From Planctomycetota bacterium (GTDB lineage Bacteria; Planctomycetota; UBA1135; UBA2386): a stretch of 64,000 bases of DNA. The stretch's first letter is position 1; each line of letters begins with the position of its first letter. Made by a program: the position numbers and the translations under genes. Under the pieces are notes generated by a model that saw nothing but the letters and a program-made list of their open reading frames with translations, was not told the origin of the DNA and did no database searches. The stretch lies in assembly GCA_046290465.1 (NCBI GenBank), contig JBKAGP010000001.1, positions 3,648,001 through 3,712,000 on the forward strand, read 5' to 3'. Positions 55,962-64,000 of the stretch are shown piece after piece.

Positions 55962-57013
55962 GTCGTCTCCGTGAGCGTGACGTTGCGGATGCCGAACTGC
56001 TGACAGCGCAGCCCTTCGATCTGGACGCCGAAGTGGGGAGCCGTCTTGCGCTCCGCACGGAACGTCCAGAGCTTGCTGTCGACCTGGACTTCGATCGCAA
56101 GCAGGAAGCCGTCTCGGGCGGGCTCCACCTCACAAGCCACGCATAGCTTGTGCCACCCCTGCCCGCGAACGAACGCGTCGCCGTGGAAGACCACGCTGGC
56201 GCGCCCCTGATCGTCCGTCGGGTGTCCGCACGTCGACGTCAGGGACTCCGCGTTGATCGCTTGCACGAGGGAGGACGACGGGTTCCGTGGGTCGAGCGGC
56301 AGCAGCAGACGGAACGGGCCAAGGTTCAGCGCCATGGCTCCGTCGTCGAAGCGGCTGTACTCCAGCGCTACCTCGAACCGCCCCCGGACCCACTCGCGCC
56401 CCCACTTCACGAGCAGGAGGCTCGAGGAGCGGTAGTCGTCGAGGCCCTCAGCCTTCTTCATGCCGGCGCCTGCGCGGATCTCGCCGAGCTCGTTGACCCC
56501 GAACACCGTCTTGTTCCCGCCCGTGCGCTTCAGGGCGCGCAGGCCGTCGCGGTCCCGGAGCACGTTCTGGACGCGCAGGAGCAGCTCGCGAGACACGTCC
56601 CGAACCACGGGATCGGAGCGGGGCGCTCGCGCCCTCGGCATCGGAGCTGGCGACACCGGCTGCTCGGACTCGGACGATGCGTCGACCTGCGCCTCACCCG
56701 TCAGGCGGATCCGTTCGGAGTAGTCGCCGGCCTCGATGAGCAGTTCGAGGTCCCCGCTGCCGAGCCGGGCGAAGTAGCTGGCGCGCAGCAGGATGAAGTC
56801 CGGTTGGAGCAGGAGGTGCGCAGACGGAACGCGGCGTCCGTTGACGCGCACGTCCGCGTCGTTGCCTGCGGCGTCAAGACCCTGAACGGGGATCCGGTAG
56901 GGCTTCGAGCGGCCATGCGCCGACAAGGCCACCCGGCCCGAGAAGTGAGGACCGAGGAGCATCCAGGCGAACACACCGCAGACCAGCACCAGGACCAGGC
57001 AGCGCACCATCAC
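55958..57013 (-). CDS. Membrane-anchored hypothetical protein
   Basis: N-terminal TM helix. 4-bp overlaps with both neighbours. Confidence 0.7.
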   Translation of the reverse strand: MMVRCLVLVLVCGVFAWMLLGPHFSGRVALSAHGRSKPYRIPVQGLDAAGNDADVRVNGRRVPSAHLLLQPDFILLRASYFARLGSGDLELLIEAGDYSERIRLTGEAQVDASSESEQPVSPAPMPRARAPRSDPVVRDVSRELLLRVQNVLRDRDGLRALKRTGGNKTVFGVNELGEIRAGAGMKKAEGLDDYRSSSLLLVKWGREWVRGRFEVALEYSRFDDGAMALNLGPFRLLLPLDPRNPSSSLVQAINAESLTSTCGHPTDDQGRASVVFHGDAFVRGQGWHKLCVACEVEPARDGFLLAIEVQVDSKLWTFRAERKTAPHFGVQIEGLRCQQFGIRNVTLTETT

Positions 57014-57549
57014 TCGACCTCCTCGCGCAGGTTATGGCGGATCGCCACCAGCCGGTCCTCGAACCAGCTCTCGAGGTCTGCGAGTCCGCCGAGGTCGACG
57101 TACGGCCGGTGGCACCCGGGGCAGATGGAGCCCGGCTCCAGCGGATGCCCGCAGGGGCACGCGTCGGCCAGCAGTTCGCCGCACTCGACGCAGGGTTGGC
57201 GGCCGGCATGAGCGACCCGGGTGAAGCGGGGGCGGAGCAGGAAGCGCGGAGTCCGGAGTGGCGTCTGGCTGAAGCAACCCGGCACGAGGCACCCCTTCAC
57301 GACCTTGCGTTCCGCCTGCCGCCGGGCGCGGACCTCGTTGTCGTCGGGGTAGTCGTCGGCGTCGATGCCGAACCGACGACAGATCGCGGCAACGGCATCG
57401 GCGGACAGCGCCGCACCGTCGCCGTTCTCCCACATGGAGATCGCCGACTGCGTCTTGCCGACGAGGTCGCCGAGCTCCGCCTGCTTCATCCGCGCCGCCA
57501 GACGGCGGGAACGGACCTCGTTCTGCAGTGGGGTGGGAGCGTGGCGCAT
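57010..57549 (-). CDS. XRE HTH protein with C-terminal multi-Cys zinc ribbons
   Basis: MKQAELGDLVGKTQSAISMWENG, then CLVPGC, CVECG, CPCG, CPGC. Confidence 0.82.
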   Translation of the reverse strand: MRHAPTPLQNEVRSRRLAARMKQAELGDLVGKTQSAISMWENGDGAALSADAVAAICRRFGIDADDYPDDNEVRARRQAERKVVKGCLVPGCFSQTPLRTPRFLLRPRFTRVAHAGRQPCVECGELLADACPCGHPLEPGSICPGCHRPYVDLGGLADLESWFEDRLVAIRHNLREEVE

Positions 57550-57740
57550 GGGGACGCGAGGGAGGGAGAGGGGGCCCCACAGTGTGCCACCGAGATTTGG
57601 TATCAACCACCCCTAACGACGTTGCCATCGCCGGCTCTGCAACGTCACTGATACGCTATCAACGGATCACCACGGGCTCACCATACTCGGGCGGAGCACG
57701 GTGCCGGCCGCGCGCGAACGGCAGCGCTCCCGGCAGCCCG

Positions 57741-59432
57741 CTACGCCGCCTGGATCTCGCGCAGCACGGCCCGCACCAGCTGCGGGTCGGCACCGAGTTG
57801 CTCCGCGCGACGAGCCTGCTCCTCCGCCTGTTCGCGCTCGCCTCGCAGCGCCGACGACTGCGCCAGGTGCAGCAGCGTCGAGGTGTCGTCGGGAGCCAGC
57901 TCGTTGGCGCGCCGCAGGTGGCGGTCGCCGGCTTCGACGTCGCCCTGCTGCAACAGCACGATCCCGAGGCGGTTGTGCGCCTCGGCGCAGGCGTCGTGGT
58001 AGCGCACGGCGCGGCGCAGCAGGCGGGCGGCACGGCGCAGCTTGCCGAGCTTGTGCTGCACGATGCCGAACATCAGCCAGGCCTCGGCGACCGGACCGAC
58101 ACGGCGCACGAGCACGCGCACGGCGCCGAGCGCCGCGCCGAGATCGTCGGCAGCGATGGCCTTCTCGACCTGCTGCGTGCCGGTCCACAGACCCGGCACC
58201 AGCGACAGGCGCAGCAACCGGCGCGCCTGCGGCAGCAGCGCCGCGGACACCCCGAGATCGATGGCGCGCTGCAGCGCCGTCGACGCGCGCACCGTGTCGT
58301 CGAGCAGCAGGCACGCGCGGCCGAGCTCGTAGTGCAGCATCGACTCGTCCGGTGACTTCTGCAGGGCCCGTTCGACGACGGTCCGGGCCAGCGTCGGCTG
58401 GTCCTCCTCGAGCAAGAACGTCACCACGAGCCGCGCGACCGGCACCGGCAGGTCGTCCTCGCCGACCAGCTCCTCGACCAGCGCGGTCCGACCGGCGACG
58501 TCGCCGACGCGGTCGAGGCTGGCCGCCAGCTGCGCGATCAGCTTGGGCGTGATCGATCCGGCTGCGCGCGCCGCGTCGACGACCGTGCGCACGCCGGCGT
58601 CGTCGCCGACCTGGAACGCCATCGCGGCTGCGCGTTCGCCGAGCTCGCGGTCGTCCGGACACAGGCCGAACGCACGCACGACCATCGCCGCCGCGCCGCG
58701 CTGGTCGCCGGCCGCAAACGTCAGGCCCGCGAGGCGGTCGAGCTGCCGGCCGTCGACCACGGACGGCGCCAGCGCGTTGGCCACCGGCGCGACCTGGTCG
58801 CGGTGCTGGCCGCGGCGCAGCAACAGCGCCAGGAAGTCCGCCACCAGCTGCTGCACCTCGACGTCGTCGCCGGCCAGCTCGACGCATCGCTGCGCCGCGC
58901 GGAGCGGCTGCGTCGACGCCTCCGGCAGGTTGGCTTCGTGGCGCAGTAGTTCGTCCTTGAGCACCAGGAACCAGCCGAGCGCTTCGCCGGCGAGCGCCGG
59001 CGCCGCTTCGACCTTGCCGGTCCAACCGAGCAGACCGACCAGCTCGAACGTCAGCCGCGGCAACACGGCCATCGGGTCGAGTGGATCGAACGGCAGCTCG
59101 ACCTTGAGGCGTTCGTTGCCGGCGCCGTCGTGCACGCGCCAGACCAGCTGGTCCTGCCGCACCAGACCGTCGACGAGCAGTTCGACGTCGCCCTGCTTGT
59201 GCAGCTCGGCGAGCGCCTTGGGCTCGAGCGGGTGACGCAGCCGCAGGAAGCCGCGCGCACCGTCGACCGGACCGAGGAACGGGAAGAACCGCACGCCGCG
59301 GTCGCCGCCGTCGTTGAGCTGGCCGACGAGGATGCGCGGGATCTGCCGTGCGAGCACGTCGAACGGCGCTGCGCCGACGACCGGCGTCAGGCCGTCCTCG
59401 ACGGCGTAGGCGAACACGACAGCTCTCGGCAT
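57741..59432 (-). CDS. TPR-repeat protein
   Basis: LHYELGRA, AEAWLMFG, AEAHNRLG, LLHLAQS repeats. Confidence 0.85.
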   Translation of the reverse strand: MPRAVVFAYAVEDGLTPVVGAAPFDVLARQIPRILVGQLNDGGDRGVRFFPFLGPVDGARGFLRLRHPLEPKALAELHKQGDVELLVDGLVRQDQLVWRVHDGAGNERLKVELPFDPLDPMAVLPRLTFELVGLLGWTGKVEAAPALAGEALGWFLVLKDELLRHEANLPEASTQPLRAAQRCVELAGDDVEVQQLVADFLALLLRRGQHRDQVAPVANALAPSVVDGRQLDRLAGLTFAAGDQRGAAAMVVRAFGLCPDDRELGERAAAMAFQVGDDAGVRTVVDAARAAGSITPKLIAQLAASLDRVGDVAGRTALVEELVGEDDLPVPVARLVVTFLLEEDQPTLARTVVERALQKSPDESMLHYELGRACLLLDDTVRASTALQRAIDLGVSAALLPQARRLLRLSLVPGLWTGTQQVEKAIAADDLGAALGAVRVLVRRVGPVAEAWLMFGIVQHKLGKLRRAARLLRRAVRYHDACAEAHNRLGIVLLQQGDVEAGDRHLRRANELAPDDTSTLLHLAQSSALRGEREQAEEQARRAEQLGADPQLVRAVLREIQAA

Positions 59433-59502
59433 ACGCGCTGTCTATCGAGCGGTGGCGCTGCCGAGCTTCGACCGGACACGCACGGCCGATGCCATCGCGA
59501 GG

Positions 59503-59895
59503 TCAGCGGCGGGTCGACGGAGGCGGCACCACGAACGTCTCGGCAGCACCGTCGGCGGCGTCGTCGTCGACCAGCACGACGCGCACCTCGTCAGCGACGT
59601 CACCGGCGCGCATCGAGCCGAGCCACAGCTCCATGCCGGCGGCGTCCGCGACCTTGCGCTTGTTGCAGCCGGCCAGCACGCGGCCGTGCACGACGCGGAC
59701 CAAGCGGCCGTCGTGCTCGCGTTCTTCGATCTGCACCCGGCCGATCAGCTTGGATCCGAGCCGCGACTCGACCGCCGCGGCGTAAGGAGAACGGTCGCGT
59801 TCCGTGGTCACCTCGGCCAGGTGCTTCATCATCAGGCACATCAGAATCAGGCCGGCGGCACCGATACCGAGGATCGACGGGATGGACTTGGACAC
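59503..59895 (-). CDS. Small membrane-anchored hypothetical protein
   Basis: GTG start after GAGGAGGAGG, with an N-terminal TM helix. Confidence 0.65.
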   Translation of the reverse strand: MSKSIPSILGIGAAGLILMCLMMKHLAEVTTERDRSPYAAAVESRLGSKLIGRVQIEEREHDGRLVRVVHGRVLAGCNKRKVADAAGMELWLGSMRAGDVADEVRVVLVDDDAADGAAETFVVPPPSTRR

Positions 59896-60058
59896 GACCT
59901 CCTCCTCATCGGCCGCAGCGCGCCAGAACTGTGGTCCCTGCCGTTGGGACAAGGTGGCGCAAGAAACCGCAACAGGCCATTGCCTTGCGCATTCGCAGGG
60001 GTAAGCATCGGCCTCGTTCCAAGGGCCGCTCCCCTCTCAACCGACAAAGCCAACAGCC

Positions 60059-60376
60059 ATGGGCAAGATCGTTCGATGCCGCGAGTGCGGCAAGGTCTAC
60101 CGCGACGTCGAGGAGCTCGAAGACCTCCGCGACAACGACAGCGTGTGCCTCGTCTGCAACAGCACGATCGAGGTTGCCGACTGGGACCGCGTGCTCGCGT
60201 CCTACGAGGACGACGAGGACGACGGCGACGTCGACGACGATGATTGGGACGACGAGGACGACATCGAGGCCGACGGCGACGAAGACGATGACGACCTCGG
60301 GGACGACGACGACTTCGAGGACCTCGACGACGACGACGACGACGAGGGTGACGACGACGACGACGAGCGGGACTAG
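60059..60376 (+). CDS. Zinc-ribbon protein with very acidic C-terminal tail
   Basis: CRECG...CLVC followed by more than 50 residues that are mostly Asp/Glu. Confidence 0.75.
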   Translation: MGKIVRCRECGKVYRDVEELEDLRDNDSVCLVCNSTIEVADWDRVLASYEDDEDDGDVDDDDWDDEDDIEADGDEDDDDLGDDDDFEDLDDDDDDEGDDDDDERD

Positions 60377-60525
60377 ACCCCGGCCGGCGGGCTCCCTGCC
60401 CGCCTGGTGACCTTCCGGGCGGCCGACGATGCCGGGCCTCCCTGGCCGACCTGTCGTGCCGGCCGCCGCCGCCAGCCCTGCTGCCGGCCTCCCCCGCTGA
60501 GCGAGCCGCTGGGTTGGCCCACCGA

Positions 60526-60603
60526 GTTCTCCCGCTGGGTTCTCCCGCTGGGTTCTCCCGCTGGGTTCTCCCGCTGGGTTCTCCCGCTGGGTTCTCCCGC
60601 TGG
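60526..60603. repeat. 13-bp VNTR (gttctcccgctgg) x6
   Basis: Six perfect tandem copies, intergenic. Confidence 0.97.
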
Positions 60604-60737
60604 TCGCCCTGCCGCGCCAACTTGGCAGGACCCCGCGCCGCGCCGACCGCCATTTTGGCACCCGCGGCGCCCGAGCCGAGACCACAGCCGCTCCGTATCC
60701 GCAACCTGCAAAACGGCTTAGCTCGATGGAGCCGACT

Positions 60738-60753
60738 CGGCACATCGCTTGCT
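60738..60753 (+). promoter_or_regulatory. Candidate sigma54 promoter
   Basis: CGGCAC-ATCGC-TTGCT (GG-N10-GC) about 38 bp before ATG 60791. Confidence 0.55.
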
Positions 60754-60790
60754 TTGCTCCGGAGCCGCATTCTGTCGGCACCCGATTCCG

Positions 60791-61234
60791 ATGGCCCAGA
60801 GCTTCCGCATCCTGCTGGTTGAAGACGACGACTCCCTGCGCGGGTGTCTCGGCGAATTCCTGCAGAGCCAGGGCTGGGGCGTGTCGGCGACGGCCTTCGC
60901 GACGGAGGCCATGCAGCTGGCTCGCCAACAGCGCTTCGACTTCGGTCTGCTGGACTTCCACCTGCCGGAGACGACCGGCGTCGAACTGCTGCAGCAGCTG
61001 CTGACGGTTCGCCCGCTGCCGTCGATCCTGATGTCCGGCCTGGCCAACCCGACCGAGGTGGCCGCGGCACAGCAGGCCGGCTTCTTCACCTTCTTGCGCA
61101 AGCCGCTCGACCTGAGCCAGCTGCGCCAGTCGCTCGAGCGGCTGATCCAATCGCACTTCGGCGGACCGCTGGCGCCGTGGAGGCACCCACCGGGCGTCTC
61201 CGAATGCCTGCGCCGCCACCCCCCGACGCCGTGA
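60791..61234 (+). CDS. Single-domain response regulator receiver
   Basis: [28 protein letters not shown]. Confidence 0.88.
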   Translation: MAQSFRILLVEDDDSLRGCLGEFLQSQGWGVSATAFATEAMQLARQQRFDFGLLDFHLPETTGVELLQQLLTVRPLPSILMSGLANPTEVAAAQQAGFFTFLRKPLDLSQLRQSLERLIQSHFGGPLAPWRHPPGVSECLRRHPPTP

Positions 61235-61316
61235 CCCGCGGGGCTTCGAGCCCGCATCCGACGTCCCTCCCTCTCCCCATCCCCACTCTCAGACTGAACC
61301 CCACGAAGGAACTGAA

Positions 61317-61622
61317 ATGGCCAAGACCAAGACCTCGACCGTGACCCCCCTCGGCGACCGTGTGCTCGTCAAGCGCGTCCAGGCGGACGACAAGACGAAG
61401 GGCGGCATCATCCTGCCCGACTCCGCCAAGGAGAAGCCGCGCGAAGGCGTGGTGATGGCGGTCGGTCTCGGCAAGCTGCTCGACAACGGCGAGCGCCAGG
61501 CGCTCTCGGTCAAGAAGAAGGACCGCGTCCTGTTCTCGAGCTACGCCGGCTCGGAGATCAAGCTCGACGGCGAAGAGATGATGATCCTCGGTGAGGACGA
61601 GATCCTCGCGATCATCGACTGA
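61317..61622 (+). CDS. groES: Co-chaperonin GroES
   Basis: [10 protein letters not shown]...[15 protein letters not shown]...EDEILAII. Confidence 0.98.
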   Translation: MAKTKTSTVTPLGDRVLVKRVQADDKTKGGIILPDSAKEKPREGVVMAVGLGKLLDNGERQALSVKKKDRVLFSSYAGSEIKLDGEEMMILGEDEILAIID

Positions 61623-61666
61623 CGCCAGTTCCTCCCGACAACCCCCACCCCAGCAAGAACATTCCC

Positions 61667-63361
61667 ATGGCAGTCAAGAAGATCGCTTACGACCAGGAAG
61701 CGCGTGAGCGCATGCGCGACGGCGTCAAGCAGCTCGCCCGCGCCGTCAAGGTCACCCTCGGCCCGCGCGGTCGCAATGTCATCATCGAGAAGTCGTTCGG
61801 CAGCCCGACCGTCACCAAGGACGGCGTCTCGGTCGCCAAGGAGATCGAGCTCGAAGGCAAGTACGAGAACCTCGGCGCCCAGCTCGTCAAGGAAGTCGCC
61901 TCGAAGACGTCGGACGTCGCCGGTGACGGCACGACGACCGCGACCGTGCTCGCCGAGGCCATCTTCGAAGAAGGCATCAAGAACGTCACCGCCGGCGCCA
62001 ACCCGGTCGCGCTGAAGCGCGGCATCGAGAAGGCCGTCGAGGCCGTCGTCGGCCAGGTCCGCAAGATCAAGATCGACGTCAAGGGCAAGAAGGAGATCGC
62101 CCAGGTCGGTTCGATCGCCGCCAACAACGACGAGGAGATCGGCGGCATCCTGTCGGACGCGATGGAGCGCGTCGGCAAGGACGGCGTGATCACCGTCGAA
62201 GAGGGCAAGAGCCTCGCGACCGAGGTCAACTGGGTCGAGGGCATGCAGTTCGACAAGGGCTACCTGTCGCCGCACTTCGCCACCAACCAGGAGAAGATGG
62301 AGGCGGAGCTCGAGAACCCCTTCATCCTGATCCACGAGAAGAAGATCTCGTCGATCAAGGACATGCTGCCGCTGCTCGAGAAGATCGCGCAGAGCGGCCG
62401 TCCGTTGCTGATCATCGCCGAGGACATCGAAGGCGAAGCGCTGGCGACGCTGGTCGTCAACAAGCTGCGCGGCGTGTTCAAGTGCTGCGCGGTCAAGGCG
62501 CCGGGCTTCGGTGACCGCCGCAAGGCCATGATGGAGGACATCGCGATCGTCACCGGCGGCAAGGCGATCTTCGAGGACCTCGGCATCAACCTCGAGGGCC
62601 TGACCACCGCCGACCTCGGTTCGGCCAAGAAGGTCATCGTCGGCAAGGACGACTGCACCATCGTCGAAGGCGCCGGCAAGCCGAAGGACACCAAGGCCCG
62701 CATGGAGCAGATCCGCGCCGAGATCGGTCGGACGACGTCGGACTACGACCGTGAGAAGCTCCAGGAGCGCCTCGCGAAGATCTCGGGCGGCGTCGCCCAG
62801 ATCATGGTCGGAGCCGCGACCGAGGCCGAGATGAAGGAGAAGAAGGCCCGCGTCGAAGACGCCCTGCACGCGACCCGCGCCGCGGTCGAAGAGGGCATTG
62901 TCGCCGGTGGTGGCACCGCGCTGGTGCGCGCCGCCGCGATCCTCGAGGGCCTCAAGCTCCAGGGCGACGAGCGCATCGGCGCCGACATCGTGCGCCGCGC
63001 GCTGGAGGCCCCGATGCGCCAGATCGCCGCCAACGCCGGCGTCGACGGCTCGATCGTGATCCAGACCGTTCGCAGCAACAAGAGCGACACGTTCGGATAC
63101 AACGCGCGCACCGGCAACTACGAGGACATGATCAAGGCCGGCGTCGTCGACCCGGCGAAGGTCACCTCGGCCGCGCTGCAGAACGCAGCTTCGGTCGCGA
63201 CGCTGCTGCTGACGACCGAAGCCCTGATCAGCTCGGTGCCGGAGAAGAAGTCGGCCGGCGGCGGCCACGACCACGACCATGGCGACATGGGTGGTATGGG
63301 CGGCATGGGTGGCATGGGTGGCATGGGCGGAATGGGCGGCATGCCCGGCATGGGCTTCTAG
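61667..63361 (+). CDS. groEL: Chaperonin GroEL
   Basis: [37 protein letters not shown] tail. Confidence 0.99.
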   Translation: MAVKKIAYDQEARERMRDGVKQLARAVKVTLGPRGRNVIIEKSFGSPTVTKDGVSVAKEIELEGKYENLGAQLVKEVASKTSDVAGDGTTTATVLAEAIFEEGIKNVTAGANPVALKRGIEKAVEAVVGQVRKIKIDVKGKKEIAQVGSIAANNDEEIGGILSDAMERVGKDGVITVEEGKSLATEVNWVEGMQFDKGYLSPHFATNQEKMEAELENPFILIHEKKISSIKDMLPLLEKIAQSGRPLLIIAEDIEGEALATLVVNKLRGVFKCCAVKAPGFGDRRKAMMEDIAIVTGGKAIFEDLGINLEGLTTADLGSAKKVIVGKDDCTIVEGAGKPKDTKARMEQIRAEIGRTTSDYDREKLQERLAKISGGVAQIMVGAATEAEMKEKKARVEDALHATRAAVEEGIVAGGGTALVRAAAILEGLKLQGDERIGADIVRRALEAPMRQIAANAGVDGSIVIQTVRSNKSDTFGYNARTGNYEDMIKAGVVDPAKVTSAALQNAASVATLLLTTEALISSVPEKKSAGGGHDHDHGDMGGMGGMGGMGGMGGMGGMPGMGF

Positions 63362-63385
63362 TCCGCGCCCGCCCGACCCCATCCG

Positions 63386-63435
63386 AACGACAACGGCCCG
63401 ACGACGCGAAACCGCGTCGTCGGGCCGTTGTCGTT
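63386..63435. terminator. 23-bp perfect hairpin after groEL (possibly bidirectional terminator)
   Basis: aacgacaacggcccgacgacgcg-aaac-cgcgtcgtcgggccgttgtcgtt, between convergent genes. Confidence 0.75.
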
Positions 63436-63593
63436 GGTGGCCTGTCCTTGGTGGCCCTGTCGTTGCAAGCGTCGCCCGTCGTGGCGTGGTCGTTCGCGCC
63501 GTCGTCGTTGCTGGCGAACTCGCCGCCCGGCTACTTGATCTTGTCGCCTCGTCGCCGCTTCTCGAGCCTGGACGTCGGGAGTCGGGCGGGCGA

Positions 63594-63761
63594 TCAGGTG
63601 GTGACCTGTCGTCGACCGGCGACGGCGCTCAGCACCAGCAGCACCAGGAACACGACGAACAGCACCTTGGCGATCCAGGCGAAGTCGGCGGCGATGCCCG
63701 TGAAGCCGAAGAGCGCGGCGACCAGGGCGAACAGGAGGAACATCACGGTCCAGCGAAGCAT
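63594..63761 (-). CDS. DUF1328 / UPF0391 (YtjA-like) small membrane protein
   Basis: [24 protein letters not shown]...[12 protein letters not shown]. Confidence 0.9.
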   Translation of the reverse strand: MLRWTVMFLLFALVAALFGFTGIAADFAWIAKVLFVVFLVLLVLSAVAGRRQVTT

Positions 63762-63773
63762 GGGCGGAGCCGG

Positions 63774-63789
63774 AGCAACGGTCGTGCCG
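63774..63789 (-). promoter_or_regulatory. Candidate sigma54 promoter for the DUF1328 gene
   Basis: Minus strand reads CGGCAC-GACCG-TTGCT. Confidence 0.5.
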
Positions 63790-64000
63790 CCAACCCGGAT
63801 TGCGCCTCGTCCAGAGGAAGCACCCGCCGGATCCACCCCGCGCCGTGCAGGCGGTGCATGCAAGCCGTGCAGATCGTGCAAAGGATGCACGCCGATCGCG
63901 GTTCGTGCGCGGGTACAGGTGCGTCGGGCCGCAGAACGGCGCTGGCACGCTTGTTGAACGTGGCACGGCATGGCCACCAACCGCAATCGTCGCGCATGGC

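Noticed and set aside
60526..60603. CRISPR or coding repeat
   Set aside because: There are no spacers, and the overlapping ORFs are low-complexity translations of the VNTR.
61235..61316. CIRCE/HrcA operator before groES
   Set aside because: No TTAGCACTC-N9-GAGTGCTAA-like inverted repeat is visible.

Overview
This is a high-GC bacterial window. Its gene content (many BamB/PQQ-like propeller paralogs and clade-typical secreted proteins) suggests Planctomycetota, which is an inference. 1-14.8 kb: nine PQQ-like beta-propeller genes and an MqnA-like gene, with a long palindromic REP-like repeat between several of them. 14.85-16.8 kb: sigma70 promoter, leader ORF, terminator, a degenerate tRNA(GTT)-like RNA and a slipin/band-7 gene. 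18-30 kb: YedE selenium-type membrane protein, PhyH dioxygenase, a HipBA-like TA pair preceded by four palindromes at an exact 61-bp period, a UGA-containing (probably selenocysteine) TlpA-like redoxin, and secreted proteins. 30-33 kb: an AT-richer GNAT-PIN-PUA-like plus ASCH gene pair beside tRNA-Val(TAC). 33-43 kb: housekeeping genes including kynU-kynB-rid. 43.9-57.5 kb: an accessory-looking block with a CheY-less che operon, a FixJ-like regulator, a propeller histidine kinase and an uncharacterised 3-gene operon. 57.7-64 kb: TPR protein, receiver protein, groES-groEL and DUF1328. No CRISPR-Cas, integrase or transposase is recognisable. All calls are by eye, without database searches.
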